From Elusimicrobiota bacterium (lineage in GTDB: Bacteria > Elusimicrobiota > Elusimicrobia > UBA1565 > UBA9628): a stretch of DNA of 64,000 bases. The notes beneath the pieces are model-generated. The model was not told the DNA's origin and searched no databases. It saw only the letters and a list, made by a program, of their open reading frames with translations. Both the position numbers and the translations under genes were made by a program. Location: the NCBI GenBank assembly GCA_016182905.1, contig JACPFR010000044.1, positions 59,000 to 122,999 on the forward strand, given 5' to 3'. The number at the start of each line of letters is the position of its first letter. Position 1 is the stretch's first letter. Of this stretch, positions 38,512 through 47,146 are shown in pieces.

Positions 38512-39957
38512 CTAGAACCCCATGACCAAGGAGAACGCGCCTTGGTAGATGTCGTTGAGGCCGAGGGAGGTCGCGCTGCGGACCGTGGACTTGCCCATGA
38601 CCCAATACGAGTACTCGAACTTCGCGGCGAAATGCTCGGCCAGCTGCCAATGGGCGCCGGCCGTGTATTTGCGGATCCGGCGCGTGACGAACGGCGCCGC
38701 GGCGCGGTAGGCCGTCATCGAGTCGAAGGTCGTGGTCCCGTCGTTGAAGTTCAAGAGGAAGTCCAGCAGCGGCCCGCGCCGGTACATCTCGTTGTAGACG
38801 AGCAGCCCGGTCAGGCGCCGGCCGTAGGGCGGACGGCGCATCAGCGGGAAGGAGGCCTGGATGAAGTAGCCGTAGAGATGCTCGACCTGGCGCGAATGGC
38901 TCCCGGTCGACAGGAGCACGGGCGACGACTCCGTGGAGGAGGGCGCGAGCATCGGCGTCAGGAAGTGGTTCTTGCTGTACATCACCTCCCCGGACAGGTT
39001 GATCCCGCGATAGTCGAAGGCCCAGTCCGCGCTCCACATCTCGTAGTTCAGGTACCCCTCGAGATCGTAGTTGCCGCCCATGCCGGACAGGCCGAGGTGC
39101 GTGCCCGTCAGGTCCGCGGCGCGCTCGGGCACCGGCCAGGGCAGGCGCAGGTCGCCGAGCCCGAACACGACGCGCCCTCCGAGGGACTTGGCGTTGTTGT
39201 TGTCGGCGAGGTTGTTGTTGTCGTGGCCGAAGTCCGGCGATACGCCTTCGGTGCCGGGACCGGGTATGCCCAGGTTCGACGGGTTCGGAAAGGTGCGCAG
39301 GCGGTTCTTCTGCTCGCCGACGCCGTTGACGACGAACAGAGTGGCCTCGCTGGGCACCAGCGGGTGGACCCGGACCGGATACCAGCTCCAGCGCAGGCCG
39401 ATGTCGCTGTAGCCGTAGCTGAGCGGCGGCCGCGGCGAGTTGGGACGCACGACGAGGTCGAGGCTGTCGGGCGACGCGTACAGGAGCGGCCGCGTCACCG
39501 CGAGATACTGGTCGGGACGGTACAGCTCGTTGTAGCGCCCGAACGGGACCATGAACTTGCCGAACTGGAACTTGATGCGGCGCACCTTGTCGTACTCCAC
39601 GTAGGCCTGGCTCAGGCGCGGCGCGCCCCGGCCCGCGGTCGGGAGGTTCCACTCGATGAGGACGGGAACGCCCTCGGTGACGGGGCCTTCGGCCCCGAAG
39701 TACATGTCCGCCAGGTAGACCTGGTTCTGGATCTGCGTCTCGAAGCCGGGTTCACGCGGGCCGACGTTGCGCCAATTAAGGGAAGCGGCGCCGAACAGCC
39801 TCACCTTGGCGAGCGTCTCCAGCGCGCGGGTCAGGCCCGGGCTGATCGCCGCCGGAGCGGAGACCGCCGTCTCCGCGCGGGCGGGCGCGGCGGAGGCCGT
39901 CAGCAGAAAGCCGAGGAAAATTTGACAAGAAATGGACGATGATGTACGATGGACCAC
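38512..39957 (-). CDS. Outer-membrane beta-barrel protein (porin-like), C-terminal Phe
   Basis: Predicted signal peptide from GTG 39957 (VHRTSSSISCQIFLGFLLTASAAPARA). Alternating amphipathic beta-strands. Ends ...AFSLVMGF. Confidence 0.5.
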   Translation of the reverse strand: MVHRTSSSISCQIFLGFLLTASAAPARAETAVSAPAAISPGLTRALETLAKVRLFGAASLNWRNVGPREPGFETQIQNQVYLADMYFGAEGPVTEGVPVLIEWNLPTAGRGAPRLSQAYVEYDKVRRIKFQFGKFMVPFGRYNELYRPDQYLAVTRPLLYASPDSLDLVVRPNSPRPPLSYGYSDIGLRWSWYPVRVHPLVPSEATLFVVNGVGEQKNRLRTFPNPSNLGIPGPGTEGVSPDFGHDNNNLADNNNAKSLGGRVVFGLGDLRLPWPVPERAADLTGTHLGLSGMGGNYDLEGYLNYEMWSADWAFDYRGINLSGEVMYSKNHFLTPMLAPSSTESSPVLLSTGSHSRQVEHLYGYFIQASFPLMRRPPYGRRLTGLLVYNEMYRRGPLLDFLLNFNDGTTTFDSMTAYRAAAPFVTRRIRKYTAGAHWQLAEHFAAKFEYSYWVMGKSTVRSATSLGLNDIYQGAFSLVMGF

Positions 39958-40016
39958 GCAGAATAAGTATAACGCGTTTTGCCGTGACGCGCCATGGAGG
40001 CGCAAGGGAGAATCAC

Positions 40017-40331
40017 ATGACTCATATCATCGTCGAAGGCTGTCTGGGCGAAGTGTACGCCGCGTGCGTCGACGTCTGCCCCGTCGAGTGCATCCACCCG
40101 GGAGACTACAAGGGCGAGAAGTTCATGATCATCAACCCCGAGGTCTGCATCGACTGCGGCGTCTGCCTCCCCGAGTGCCCGATCGGCGCGATCAAGGGCT
40201 CGGCCGACGAGGATCCCGCTTGGGCGAAAGTCAACGCCGAGCTCGCCCCGACCTTCAAGGACCACCCCAAGGTGACGCCCCGCGCCCCCAACGATCCTCC
40301 GCACAAGCCCGCCAACAAGCTCGTCAAGTAA
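40017..40331 (+). CDS. 2[4Fe-4S]-type ferredoxin
   Basis: CxxxxxCxxxCP and CxxCxxCxxxCP motifs (CLGEVYAACVDVCP, CIDCGVCLPECP). GGGAGA ribosome-binding site. 104 aa. Confidence 0.8.
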   Translation: MTHIIVEGCLGEVYAACVDVCPVECIHPGDYKGEKFMIINPEVCIDCGVCLPECPIGAIKGSADEDPAWAKVNAELAPTFKDHPKVTPRAPNDPPHKPANKLVK

Positions 40332-40332
40332 G

Positions 40333-42315
40333 TTGGCGTCGAATGAAAAAGCCGGGCGGCCGCTCTGGTCGCTCGGCTTTTTCATTATACTGTCCGCGTC
40401 CGCCGCTCACGCCATGAACCATAACGTCCTGCATCGCACGCCGCTCGACACCGCCGGGTCCCGCGCCGCGGGCCTCGAGCGTCTGCCTTTCGCCGAGGGC
40501 CTGTACCGCACCAAAGCCGCGACGGCCTCGCTCGAGTCGCGGGATCTCGAGGCCCCGTTCCCGTTCGACGACCTCGTGGGTTCCTTCGCAGCGGAGGTTC
40601 CCGCCGGGGGCGAGGCGGAGCTGAGCGTGAAGGTCCGCTTCGCGGACGGCTGGAGCGAGTGGTTCTCGCTCGGCAGCCTCCGCTCCGACGGCTGGAGCTC
40701 GCCCGCCGCCGTCCCCGCCGCCGCCGCCGTCGACGCGCCCGCGGCCGTGGACGTGGACACCCTCAAGCTCAAGAAGCCGGCCTCCGCGTTCCGCTACCGC
40801 GTGAAGCTCAAGGCCGGCAGGAAGCCGGTGCGCCTGCGCTCCGTCGCCGTCGCCGTGTCCGACGCGGAGGCCCCCGCCGCGCCGCCCGCGTTCGCGTCCG
40901 GGCCGTGGGTCCGCGACCTCGGCCTTTCCCCCCGCTCGCAGGGCGACGCGCAGGAGAAGTACAAGCACGACATCTGCTCGCCGACCTCGCTGGCGATGGT
41001 CCTCGAGCATTGGGGCCGGAAGCTCGACCTCGAGGCGGTCGCCCTCGCGGCGCAGGACCGCGGCTCCCAGCTGTTCGGGAACTGGCCCGCGAACGTCGCC
41101 TACGCCGGCTCGCTCGGCCTCGAAGGCCGCGTCGCGCGCCTCGAGTCGCTGGCCGACGTCGAGTCCGAGGTCGGGCACGGCCGCCCGGTGATCGTCAGCG
41201 TGACCTTCTCCGAGGGCGAGCTGCCGAACGCCCCGATCAAGAGGACGCGCGGCCACGTCATGGTCGTCGGCGGCTTCACCGCCGAGGGCGACGTCGTCGC
41301 CTACGACCCCGCGGGCAAAGGCAAGGAGGGCGTGCGCCGCGTCTACGCGCGGGCCGCGTTCCACAAGGTCTGGCGCGGGCGCAAGCGCGGTCTGGCCTAC
41401 CTGATCGGCCCCACCTTCCCCCGCGAGTTCACCGTGGGCGCGCCCGTCGCCGACCTGTGGACGAAGCCGGTCCGCCGCGCCGGCGTCAAGCTCGACGACG
41501 AGGCGCATCTCTCTCAGATCCTCTACGGCGAGGTCGTGACGGCCCTCGAGGCGAGAGGCGAGTGGGTCCGCGTGCGCGCCGAAGAGCAGGAGAGCTTCCT
41601 GCATTCCGGCGATTGGCAGGGCTACCCGGGCTGGATGAGGGCGGACGCCCTGGTGTCGGCGCCCCCGCCCAGGTCCGGGCCGATCGTCCGCGTGCGCCAG
41701 GCCCTGCTGCAGCGCGGCGACGACCTGCTGACGCTCTCCGTGGGCACTCGCCTGTCCTTCGTCTCGGACAGCGGCAGCGCGACCGTCGTGCGCCTCCTCG
41801 ACGGCTCGCTCGCCGAGATCCCGTCGGCATCTCTGTACGCCGCGCCCGCCGAGCCGACCGCCGCCTCGCGCGCCGAGATCATCCGCACCGCCGAGCTCTT
41901 CCTCGGCACCAGCTATTACTGGGGAGGCCGCTCCGGCGTCCAGCCGGACCCGAAGATCGGCGTGGACTGCTCCGGCCTCGTGAGCCTGGCCTACCGGATC
42001 CACGGCCGCGACGTCCCGCGCGACTCCCACGAGCAGAAGCTGCACGCCAAGCCGACGCGCAGCGCCGCGCTGCAGGCCGGGGACCTGATCTTCCTCACCG
42101 ACGACGAGACGAGCGAGCGCATCACCCACGTCATGATCTTCACCGGCGGCGACGGGCTCATCGAGAGCCGCAAGTCCTCGGGGCGCGTGCTGCGCACGAC
42201 CTTCCTCGAGCGCTTCGGCCAGCCCCTGACCGCCATCGAGTCCGGCGACGCGGTGAGCGACCTCTCGTTCCCCCGTCCCCGCCGGCGCCGGATCTTCTTC
42301 GGCTCGTATTTCTAG
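40333..42315 (+). CDS. Secreted peptidoglycan hydrolase with peptidase C39-like domain and C-terminal NlpC/P60 domain
   Basis: Signal peptide present. C39-like region HDICSPTSLAMVLEHWG. NlpC/P60 region GVDCSGLVSLAYRIHG ... HVMIFTG. 660 aa. Confidence 0.75.
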   Translation: MASNEKAGRPLWSLGFFIILSASAAHAMNHNVLHRTPLDTAGSRAAGLERLPFAEGLYRTKAATASLESRDLEAPFPFDDLVGSFAAEVPAGGEAELSVKVRFADGWSEWFSLGSLRSDGWSSPAAVPAAAAVDAPAAVDVDTLKLKKPASAFRYRVKLKAGRKPVRLRSVAVAVSDAEAPAAPPAFASGPWVRDLGLSPRSQGDAQEKYKHDICSPTSLAMVLEHWGRKLDLEAVALAAQDRGSQLFGNWPANVAYAGSLGLEGRVARLESLADVESEVGHGRPVIVSVTFSEGELPNAPIKRTRGHVMVVGGFTAEGDVVAYDPAGKGKEGVRRVYARAAFHKVWRGRKRGLAYLIGPTFPREFTVGAPVADLWTKPVRRAGVKLDDEAHLSQILYGEVVTALEARGEWVRVRAEEQESFLHSGDWQGYPGWMRADALVSAPPPRSGPIVRVRQALLQRGDDLLTLSVGTRLSFVSDSGSATVVRLLDGSLAEIPSASLYAAPAEPTAASRAEIIRTAELFLGTSYYWGGRSGVQPDPKIGVDCSGLVSLAYRIHGRDVPRDSHEQKLHAKPTRSAALQAGDLIFLTDDETSERITHVMIFTGGDGLIESRKSSGRVLRTTFLERFGQPLTAIESGDAVSDLSFPRPRRRRIFFGSYF

Positions 42316-43671
42316 ATGGCGAAAAAACCCCTGATCCACTTCGTCGGCATCGGGGGCGCGGGCATGAGCGCGCTGGCGCAGATCCACGCCATGGACGGCG
42401 GCCCGGCGACGGGCTCCGACCGGGACTTCGACCGCGGGCGGGGCGCGGGGCTGAAGGCCAAGCTCGAGGCCCTCGGCGTGAAGCTGTTCCCGCAGGACGG
42501 CAGCGCGCTCACCGATGGAACGGAGCTCGTGGTGCTGTCCACCGCCATCGAGGACTCCAACCCCGAGATCGCCGCGGCCAAGGCCCGCGGCGTGCCCCTG
42601 ATGCACCGCTCCGAGTTCCTGGCCCGCCACGTGTCGGAGATGCGCACCATCGCGGTCACCGGCACGAGCGGCAAGTCCACCGTCGTCGCGATGATCTTCG
42701 AGATCCTCGAGGCCGCCGGGCGCGGGCCGTCCGTCATCACCGGCGGCGCGCTGATCGCGCTTCAGAAGCGCGGGCTCACCGGCAACGCCTTCCGCGGGAA
42801 GTCGGACATCCTCGTCGTCGAGGCGGACGAGAGCGACGGCTCCTTGGTCAATTACAAGCCGGCCGTCGGCGTGTTCCTCAACCTGACCAAGGATCACCTG
42901 GAGGTCTCCGCCCTGCGCGAGATCCTCCTCAAGTTCCGGCTCCACGTCGCGACGGCGCTGGTCAACGGGGACGACGCCGCGCTGGCCGGCATCCGCGCCG
43001 ACGCCACGTTCGGCTTGTCGTCCGGCTCCGTTCACGCCGAAGGCCTCGAGCTCGAGGCCGCCGGCTCTCGGTTCCGCGTGAAGGACGTCTCATTCGAGCT
43101 TCCCGTCCCCGGCCGTCACAACGCCGAGAACGCGATCGCCGCGATCGCGGCGTGCGTCAACGAAGGCGTCTCGCTGGCCGACTGCGCCCGGGGATTGGCC
43201 GGCTTCCAGGGCGTGACGCGCCGCTTCCAGAGTCTCGGCTCCGCGCGCGGGGTGGAGGTCGTCGACGACTTCGCGCACAATCCGGCGAAGATCGCGGCGA
43301 CCCTCACCGCCGCCCGCCTGCGCGGCCGCCGGACCTTGGCCGTCTATCAGCCCCACGGCTTCGCGCCGACCCGCCATCTCAAGAACGAGCTCATCGCGGC
43401 CTTCGCCGAGGGCCTGCGCCCCGAGGACCGGCTTTGGCTGCCCGACATCTACTACGTCGGCGGCACGGCGAGCAAGGACATCTCCTCGAACGACGTCGTC
43501 GCCCCGCTGAAGGCCAAGGGCCTTCACGCCTTCCACGTGCCCGACCGCGCCGCCATCGCCGCCCTGATCGCCGCCGAGGCGAAAGAGGGAGACCTCGTCA
43601 TCGTCATGGGCGCGCGCGACCCCTCCCTGTCCGACTTCGCCCGCGAGGTCCTCGCGGCCTTGCGTCCCTGA
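42316..43671 (+). CDS. Mur ligase (UDP-N-acetylmuramate--L-alanine ligase MurC-like or murein-peptide ligase Mpl)
   Basis: IHFVGIGGAGMSALAQ ... VTGTSGKSTVVAM ... DESDGS ... HNAENA. Stand-alone rather than inside a dcw cluster, and next to a peptidoglycan hydrolase. Confidence 0.8.
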   Translation: MAKKPLIHFVGIGGAGMSALAQIHAMDGGPATGSDRDFDRGRGAGLKAKLEALGVKLFPQDGSALTDGTELVVLSTAIEDSNPEIAAAKARGVPLMHRSEFLARHVSEMRTIAVTGTSGKSTVVAMIFEILEAAGRGPSVITGGALIALQKRGLTGNAFRGKSDILVVEADESDGSLVNYKPAVGVFLNLTKDHLEVSALREILLKFRLHVATALVNGDDAALAGIRADATFGLSSGSVHAEGLELEAAGSRFRVKDVSFELPVPGRHNAENAIAAIAACVNEGVSLADCARGLAGFQGVTRRFQSLGSARGVEVVDDFAHNPAKIAATLTAARLRGRRTLAVYQPHGFAPTRHLKNELIAAFAEGLRPEDRLWLPDIYYVGGTASKDISSNDVVAPLKAKGLHAFHVPDRAAIAALIAAEAKEGDLVIVMGARDPSLSDFAREVLAALRP

Positions 43672-43723
43672 TCTCTCACGGATAATGCCGTAAAAACAAT
43701 CATTTATCCTCATTTCCGCGCCC

Positions 43724-43771
43724 TGTGGATATGTGGATAACTTTGTTAATTGTTATATTACTTATACATAT
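43724..43771 (+). promoter_or_regulatory. AT-rich regulatory region: tandem DnaA-box-like 9-mers TGTGGATAT / TGTGGATAA plus a promoter-like TTGTTA ... TATACA
   Basis: TGTGGATATGTGGATAA at 43724-43740 (reverse complement of the TTATCCACA consensus). A roughly 45% GC island lies about 110 nt upstream of the 43880 gene. Confidence 0.35.
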
Positions 43772-43879
43772 TTGTAACATGACAATTTAGGGCTCAGGCC
43801 GCGTCTGGGCCCTTCGGCCCCTCGCCCCGGGGGCACGCGGCCCCATGCGCCGGGCGGCGCCGGAGCCTATCCTTAGACC

Positions 43880-45421
43880 ATGAGGATCCAAGGTATCCTG
43901 ATGTCGGCGCTTCTCGCGATCTCGATCACCTCCCAGGCTCAGACGATCGTCCCCGATCCCGCCGTCATCGAAAGCCTCGGACTGACCGCCGCCGACGCCG
44001 GCTGGACCTACCGCGAGCCCGGCCGCGACGCCAAGGTCATCGCCGCGGAGGATTCCGCCAAGGTCGACGAGTTCCTGAAGACCGACGCCTCATCGAGCGC
44101 GAAGCTGGCGGCGTGGTGCCGAGAGCGCGGCGTCGAGCCCGAGAACGCGGTCGCCGCTCTGCTCGCCCCGCGTTCCTCATCCGGCCCCGCCGCCGTCCCC
44201 GCCGCGCATGACGACGCCGTCGCGGTCAAGGAAGCCGCCGAGCGCGGCCGGGCCCTGTCCGCTTCGCTGGGCTCCGCTCCCGATTTCGACGCGGCCGGCC
44301 ATCGCCCGCTCGACGCGACCTTGCGCTGGGGCTCGGCGCCCCGCGCCGAGGCGACGGGACGGAACCTGGAGACCCTGTACGGGCTCTACGGCCGCGGCAC
44401 GGACGCTCTCCTCGACAAGGCCGGCGCCGGCTCCGGCGGGACCGGCATGGCGGCCCGCATCGCCAAAGCGCCGCTGGACCTCGGCCTGGCCTGGACGACG
44501 ACCTTGGCCGGCCACGAGCTCGGACACTTCGAATCGGCCTGGCTGGCCGGCGCGAAGAACGTGTCCTGGGCCAAGGCCGACGGCCCCTACGCCTTCGGCC
44601 GCATCACCGAGGTCGCCTCCGAGGACTGGGCGCGGATGTCCGCCGCGGGACGCCAGGCCTTCAACGCGGGCGGCACGATGGCCACGCAGGCCGCCGCGGC
44701 CGCCCTGCGCTCCTCCCTGTTCGAGCGCGGAGAGGCCGACTGGACGCAGTGGCCGCTGATGTTCTTCCGCAAGGTCGACATGACCGCCTACGGCCTGACC
44801 GCCCCCAAGCCGTCGCAGGCCGGCGCCCTCGACGGAGCCAACGACATGACCAGCTACGCCCGCCTCTACGGCGAGCGCTCCGGCCGCGGCGGCGACGCGG
44901 TGCACGGCGACATCGTGCGCGGCGCGGTGTGGAACATGCTCGACCCGATGGGGCTTTACTCGGCCTATGGCTATCTCGGCCGCTACGTGATCGGCGGCGA
45001 GCGCACGCAGAAGGTCCCCGGCGTCGAGCTCTGCGGCCGGACCTGGATGGCGGGCACCGGCTTCTGGCTCTCCGAGGTCGGCGCGCGCTACTCCATGACG
45101 GTCCTCTCCCGCGGCAGGAAGGGCGATGTGATCGAGACGACCGTCTCGACCGGCGAAGGACAGCCGGCCGCGGCCGTGCGCTGGTCCGACGACGTCGGCG
45201 CCGGGATCCGCGCCCGGGTCGGCGTCGACGCCTGGAGCCAGCGCGAGGCGGCCGAGCAAGGGCCCAAGAGCTTCGGCGGCGCCCTCAGCGCCGGCGCGGA
45301 GAAGAAGTTCGGACGCGTCTCCGCCTTCGCCGAGGTCGGCCAGAAGACCACGGGCGCGATGCTCGGGCAATCCCACGGCGGCGGGACGTTCTACACCGCC
45401 GGCCTCTCGGGCAGCTTCTGA
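43880..45421 (+). CDS. Secreted HExxH-motif protein (putative zinc metallopeptidase of unassigned family)
   Basis: Signal peptide MRIQGILMSALLAISITSQAQ. LAGHELGHFESAWLAG. Gly-rich, C-terminal Phe. 513 aa. Confidence 0.5.
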   Translation: MRIQGILMSALLAISITSQAQTIVPDPAVIESLGLTAADAGWTYREPGRDAKVIAAEDSAKVDEFLKTDASSSAKLAAWCRERGVEPENAVAALLAPRSSSGPAAVPAAHDDAVAVKEAAERGRALSASLGSAPDFDAAGHRPLDATLRWGSAPRAEATGRNLETLYGLYGRGTDALLDKAGAGSGGTGMAARIAKAPLDLGLAWTTTLAGHELGHFESAWLAGAKNVSWAKADGPYAFGRITEVASEDWARMSAAGRQAFNAGGTMATQAAAAALRSSLFERGEADWTQWPLMFFRKVDMTAYGLTAPKPSQAGALDGANDMTSYARLYGERSGRGGDAVHGDIVRGAVWNMLDPMGLYSAYGYLGRYVIGGERTQKVPGVELCGRTWMAGTGFWLSEVGARYSMTVLSRGRKGDVIETTVSTGEGQPAAAVRWSDDVGAGIRARVGVDAWSQREAAEQGPKSFGGALSAGAEKKFGRVSAFAEVGQKTTGAMLGQSHGGGTFYTAGLSGSF

Positions 45422-47121
45422 TGCGGATCCGCGCGCTCCTCGCCGCGCTCCTGCTGGCCGCGCCCGCCTCGGCCCAGACGCGCGTCGCCGCGCCGGTCAC
45501 GAGCGTTCTTCCGCTTCGGATCGGCGTCGCGCCGATCCCGTCGCCGTCCGCTCCCGGCAGCCTCTCTCCGGCGCCGTCCCTGTCCGCGCCGCCGTCGCTG
45601 TCCGCCGTTCCGCTCGCCTCGCCTCTGATCGCTCCTTCCGCCATTCTGGCCGTCCGCCCCGCCGCCTACGCCCCTCTCCCGGTGAAAGTCGCGGCGCTCG
45701 ACGCCGGGATCTCGCGAGTCGTCGCCTCGCTCGCCGCCGACCCGGCCTCCGGCGCCGCCGCGCTGACCGCGGGCCGGGACATCGAAGCGCTGCTGACCGG
45801 CGCCGTCGTCTCCGCGCCGTCCGCGGCCGACGCGGCCGCCTCGCCGGAGGAGCTGGCCTTCGCCGTCGGCGCCTCGCAGGCGCTCGCCGCGCGCGCCGAC
45901 GACCTCGGCGCCGCGAAAGGCCTGAAGGCGCGGACCATGAGCGGCGCCGATTTCACGGGCATGCTCGACGAGGCCCGCGGCTCGGGAGCCCCCGCCCCGA
46001 CGCCCGCCGCCGCCGCGGCCGTCAAGGAGATCGAGGCGGCGGTCGTGCGCTTCGTCCGCGCCCTCGTCCCGGCGGACAAGCCGCTCGTCGAGAGCCTGAG
46101 CCGCGCGCTCGCCGTGTGGCAGGTCTTCGACCAGGAGATGTCCATCGCGGCGTCGAAGGGCACGCTCGGGGCGATCGTCGCCGACGCCGAGCTCTTCGCC
46201 TCGCAGGTCGAGGCTTCCGCGGCCGTACCGTCCGTCGAGCCCGCGCCGGCCGCCGCGCAGGCGACGCTCGCCCCGTCGACTCCGAAGGAAGTGCGCCCGG
46301 AGGACCCGAACGATTACGCCTCCGTGGCGGTCCCCGGCAGCATCTTCGGCTGGCAGCCGATCGAGAAGTCCCCCAACCACGGCTTTCCCCCGCTCGACGC
46401 GCTGATCCGCAAGGTCCTCGGCGAGAAGAAGAGCGCCTACGCGAAAGGCTTCGAGCTTCCCGGCGCCGCCGAGCGCGCGGACGCGAAGGTCTATTTCTAC
46501 GGCGAGCGCCACACCGACGGCGAGTTGATCAGCGCCAACATGAGGCGCCTCGTGTCGGACGCCCGCCCCGGGAAGCCGGTCATCGTCCTCGTCGAGGGCT
46601 ACACCGGCTGGGCCATGCGCGGCTGGCCGGCGCTCAAGTATCTCGCCGACCGCGGCCTCGACCCCGGCGCCCTGGCGGAGAAGGACATCCCGAGCGCCTT
46701 CGTCGAGGTGCGCGGCTGGGAGAACACCGTCCACTACGACGACTCCAAGCACCCGCTCCTGCAGCACCACATGGATCAGCTCGCGATGAACCACCTCGCG
46801 CACGGCGAGCTGCGCGGCTGGCGCTACTACCGGGAGATGGCGCGCGCGGCGCTGGCGGCCTGGCGCTCCTACCGCGAGCTGTGGCGGGCGGCCATCGTCG
46901 TGCGCAACGGCGACCTGAACGCCGCCGTCGCCAAGGCGGCGGCCGACGCGGACGCGTCCGGCGCGACGGTGCACGTCATCGCGGGCACCGACCACCTGAT
47001 GCAGAACCCGCGCCTGGTCGGCCTGCCGCTGATCGGACGCCCGTCCTTCCGCGAGACCTTGCGCGACGCCCTGGGCGGCCGCCCGTTCTGGGCCAGCCAG
47101 CCCCCCAACACTCAGGACTAG
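45421..47121 (+). CDS. Secreted protein with C-terminal ChaN/TIKI/EreA-superfamily domain
   Basis: Signal peptide and Pro/Ala/Ser-rich linker. KVYFYGERHTDGE ... PVIVLVEGYTGW resembles the ChaN GExH / E motifs. TGATG overlap with the upstream gene. Confidence 0.5.
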   Translation: MRIRALLAALLLAAPASAQTRVAAPVTSVLPLRIGVAPIPSPSAPGSLSPAPSLSAPPSLSAVPLASPLIAPSAILAVRPAAYAPLPVKVAALDAGISRVVASLAADPASGAAALTAGRDIEALLTGAVVSAPSAADAAASPEELAFAVGASQALAARADDLGAAKGLKARTMSGADFTGMLDEARGSGAPAPTPAAAAAVKEIEAAVVRFVRALVPADKPLVESLSRALAVWQVFDQEMSIAASKGTLGAIVADAELFASQVEASAAVPSVEPAPAAAQATLAPSTPKEVRPEDPNDYASVAVPGSIFGWQPIEKSPNHGFPPLDALIRKVLGEKKSAYAKGFELPGAAERADAKVYFYGERHTDGELISANMRRLVSDARPGKPVIVLVEGYTGWAMRGWPALKYLADRGLDPGALAEKDIPSAFVEVRGWENTVHYDDSKHPLLQHHMDQLAMNHLAHGELRGWRYYREMARAALAAWRSYRELWRAAIVVRNGDLNAAVAKAAADADASGATVHVIAGTDHLMQNPRLVGLPLIGRPSFRETLRDALGGRPFWASQPPNTQD

Positions 47122-47146
47122 ACGCAAAGTTGGTAGAATCCCGGCC

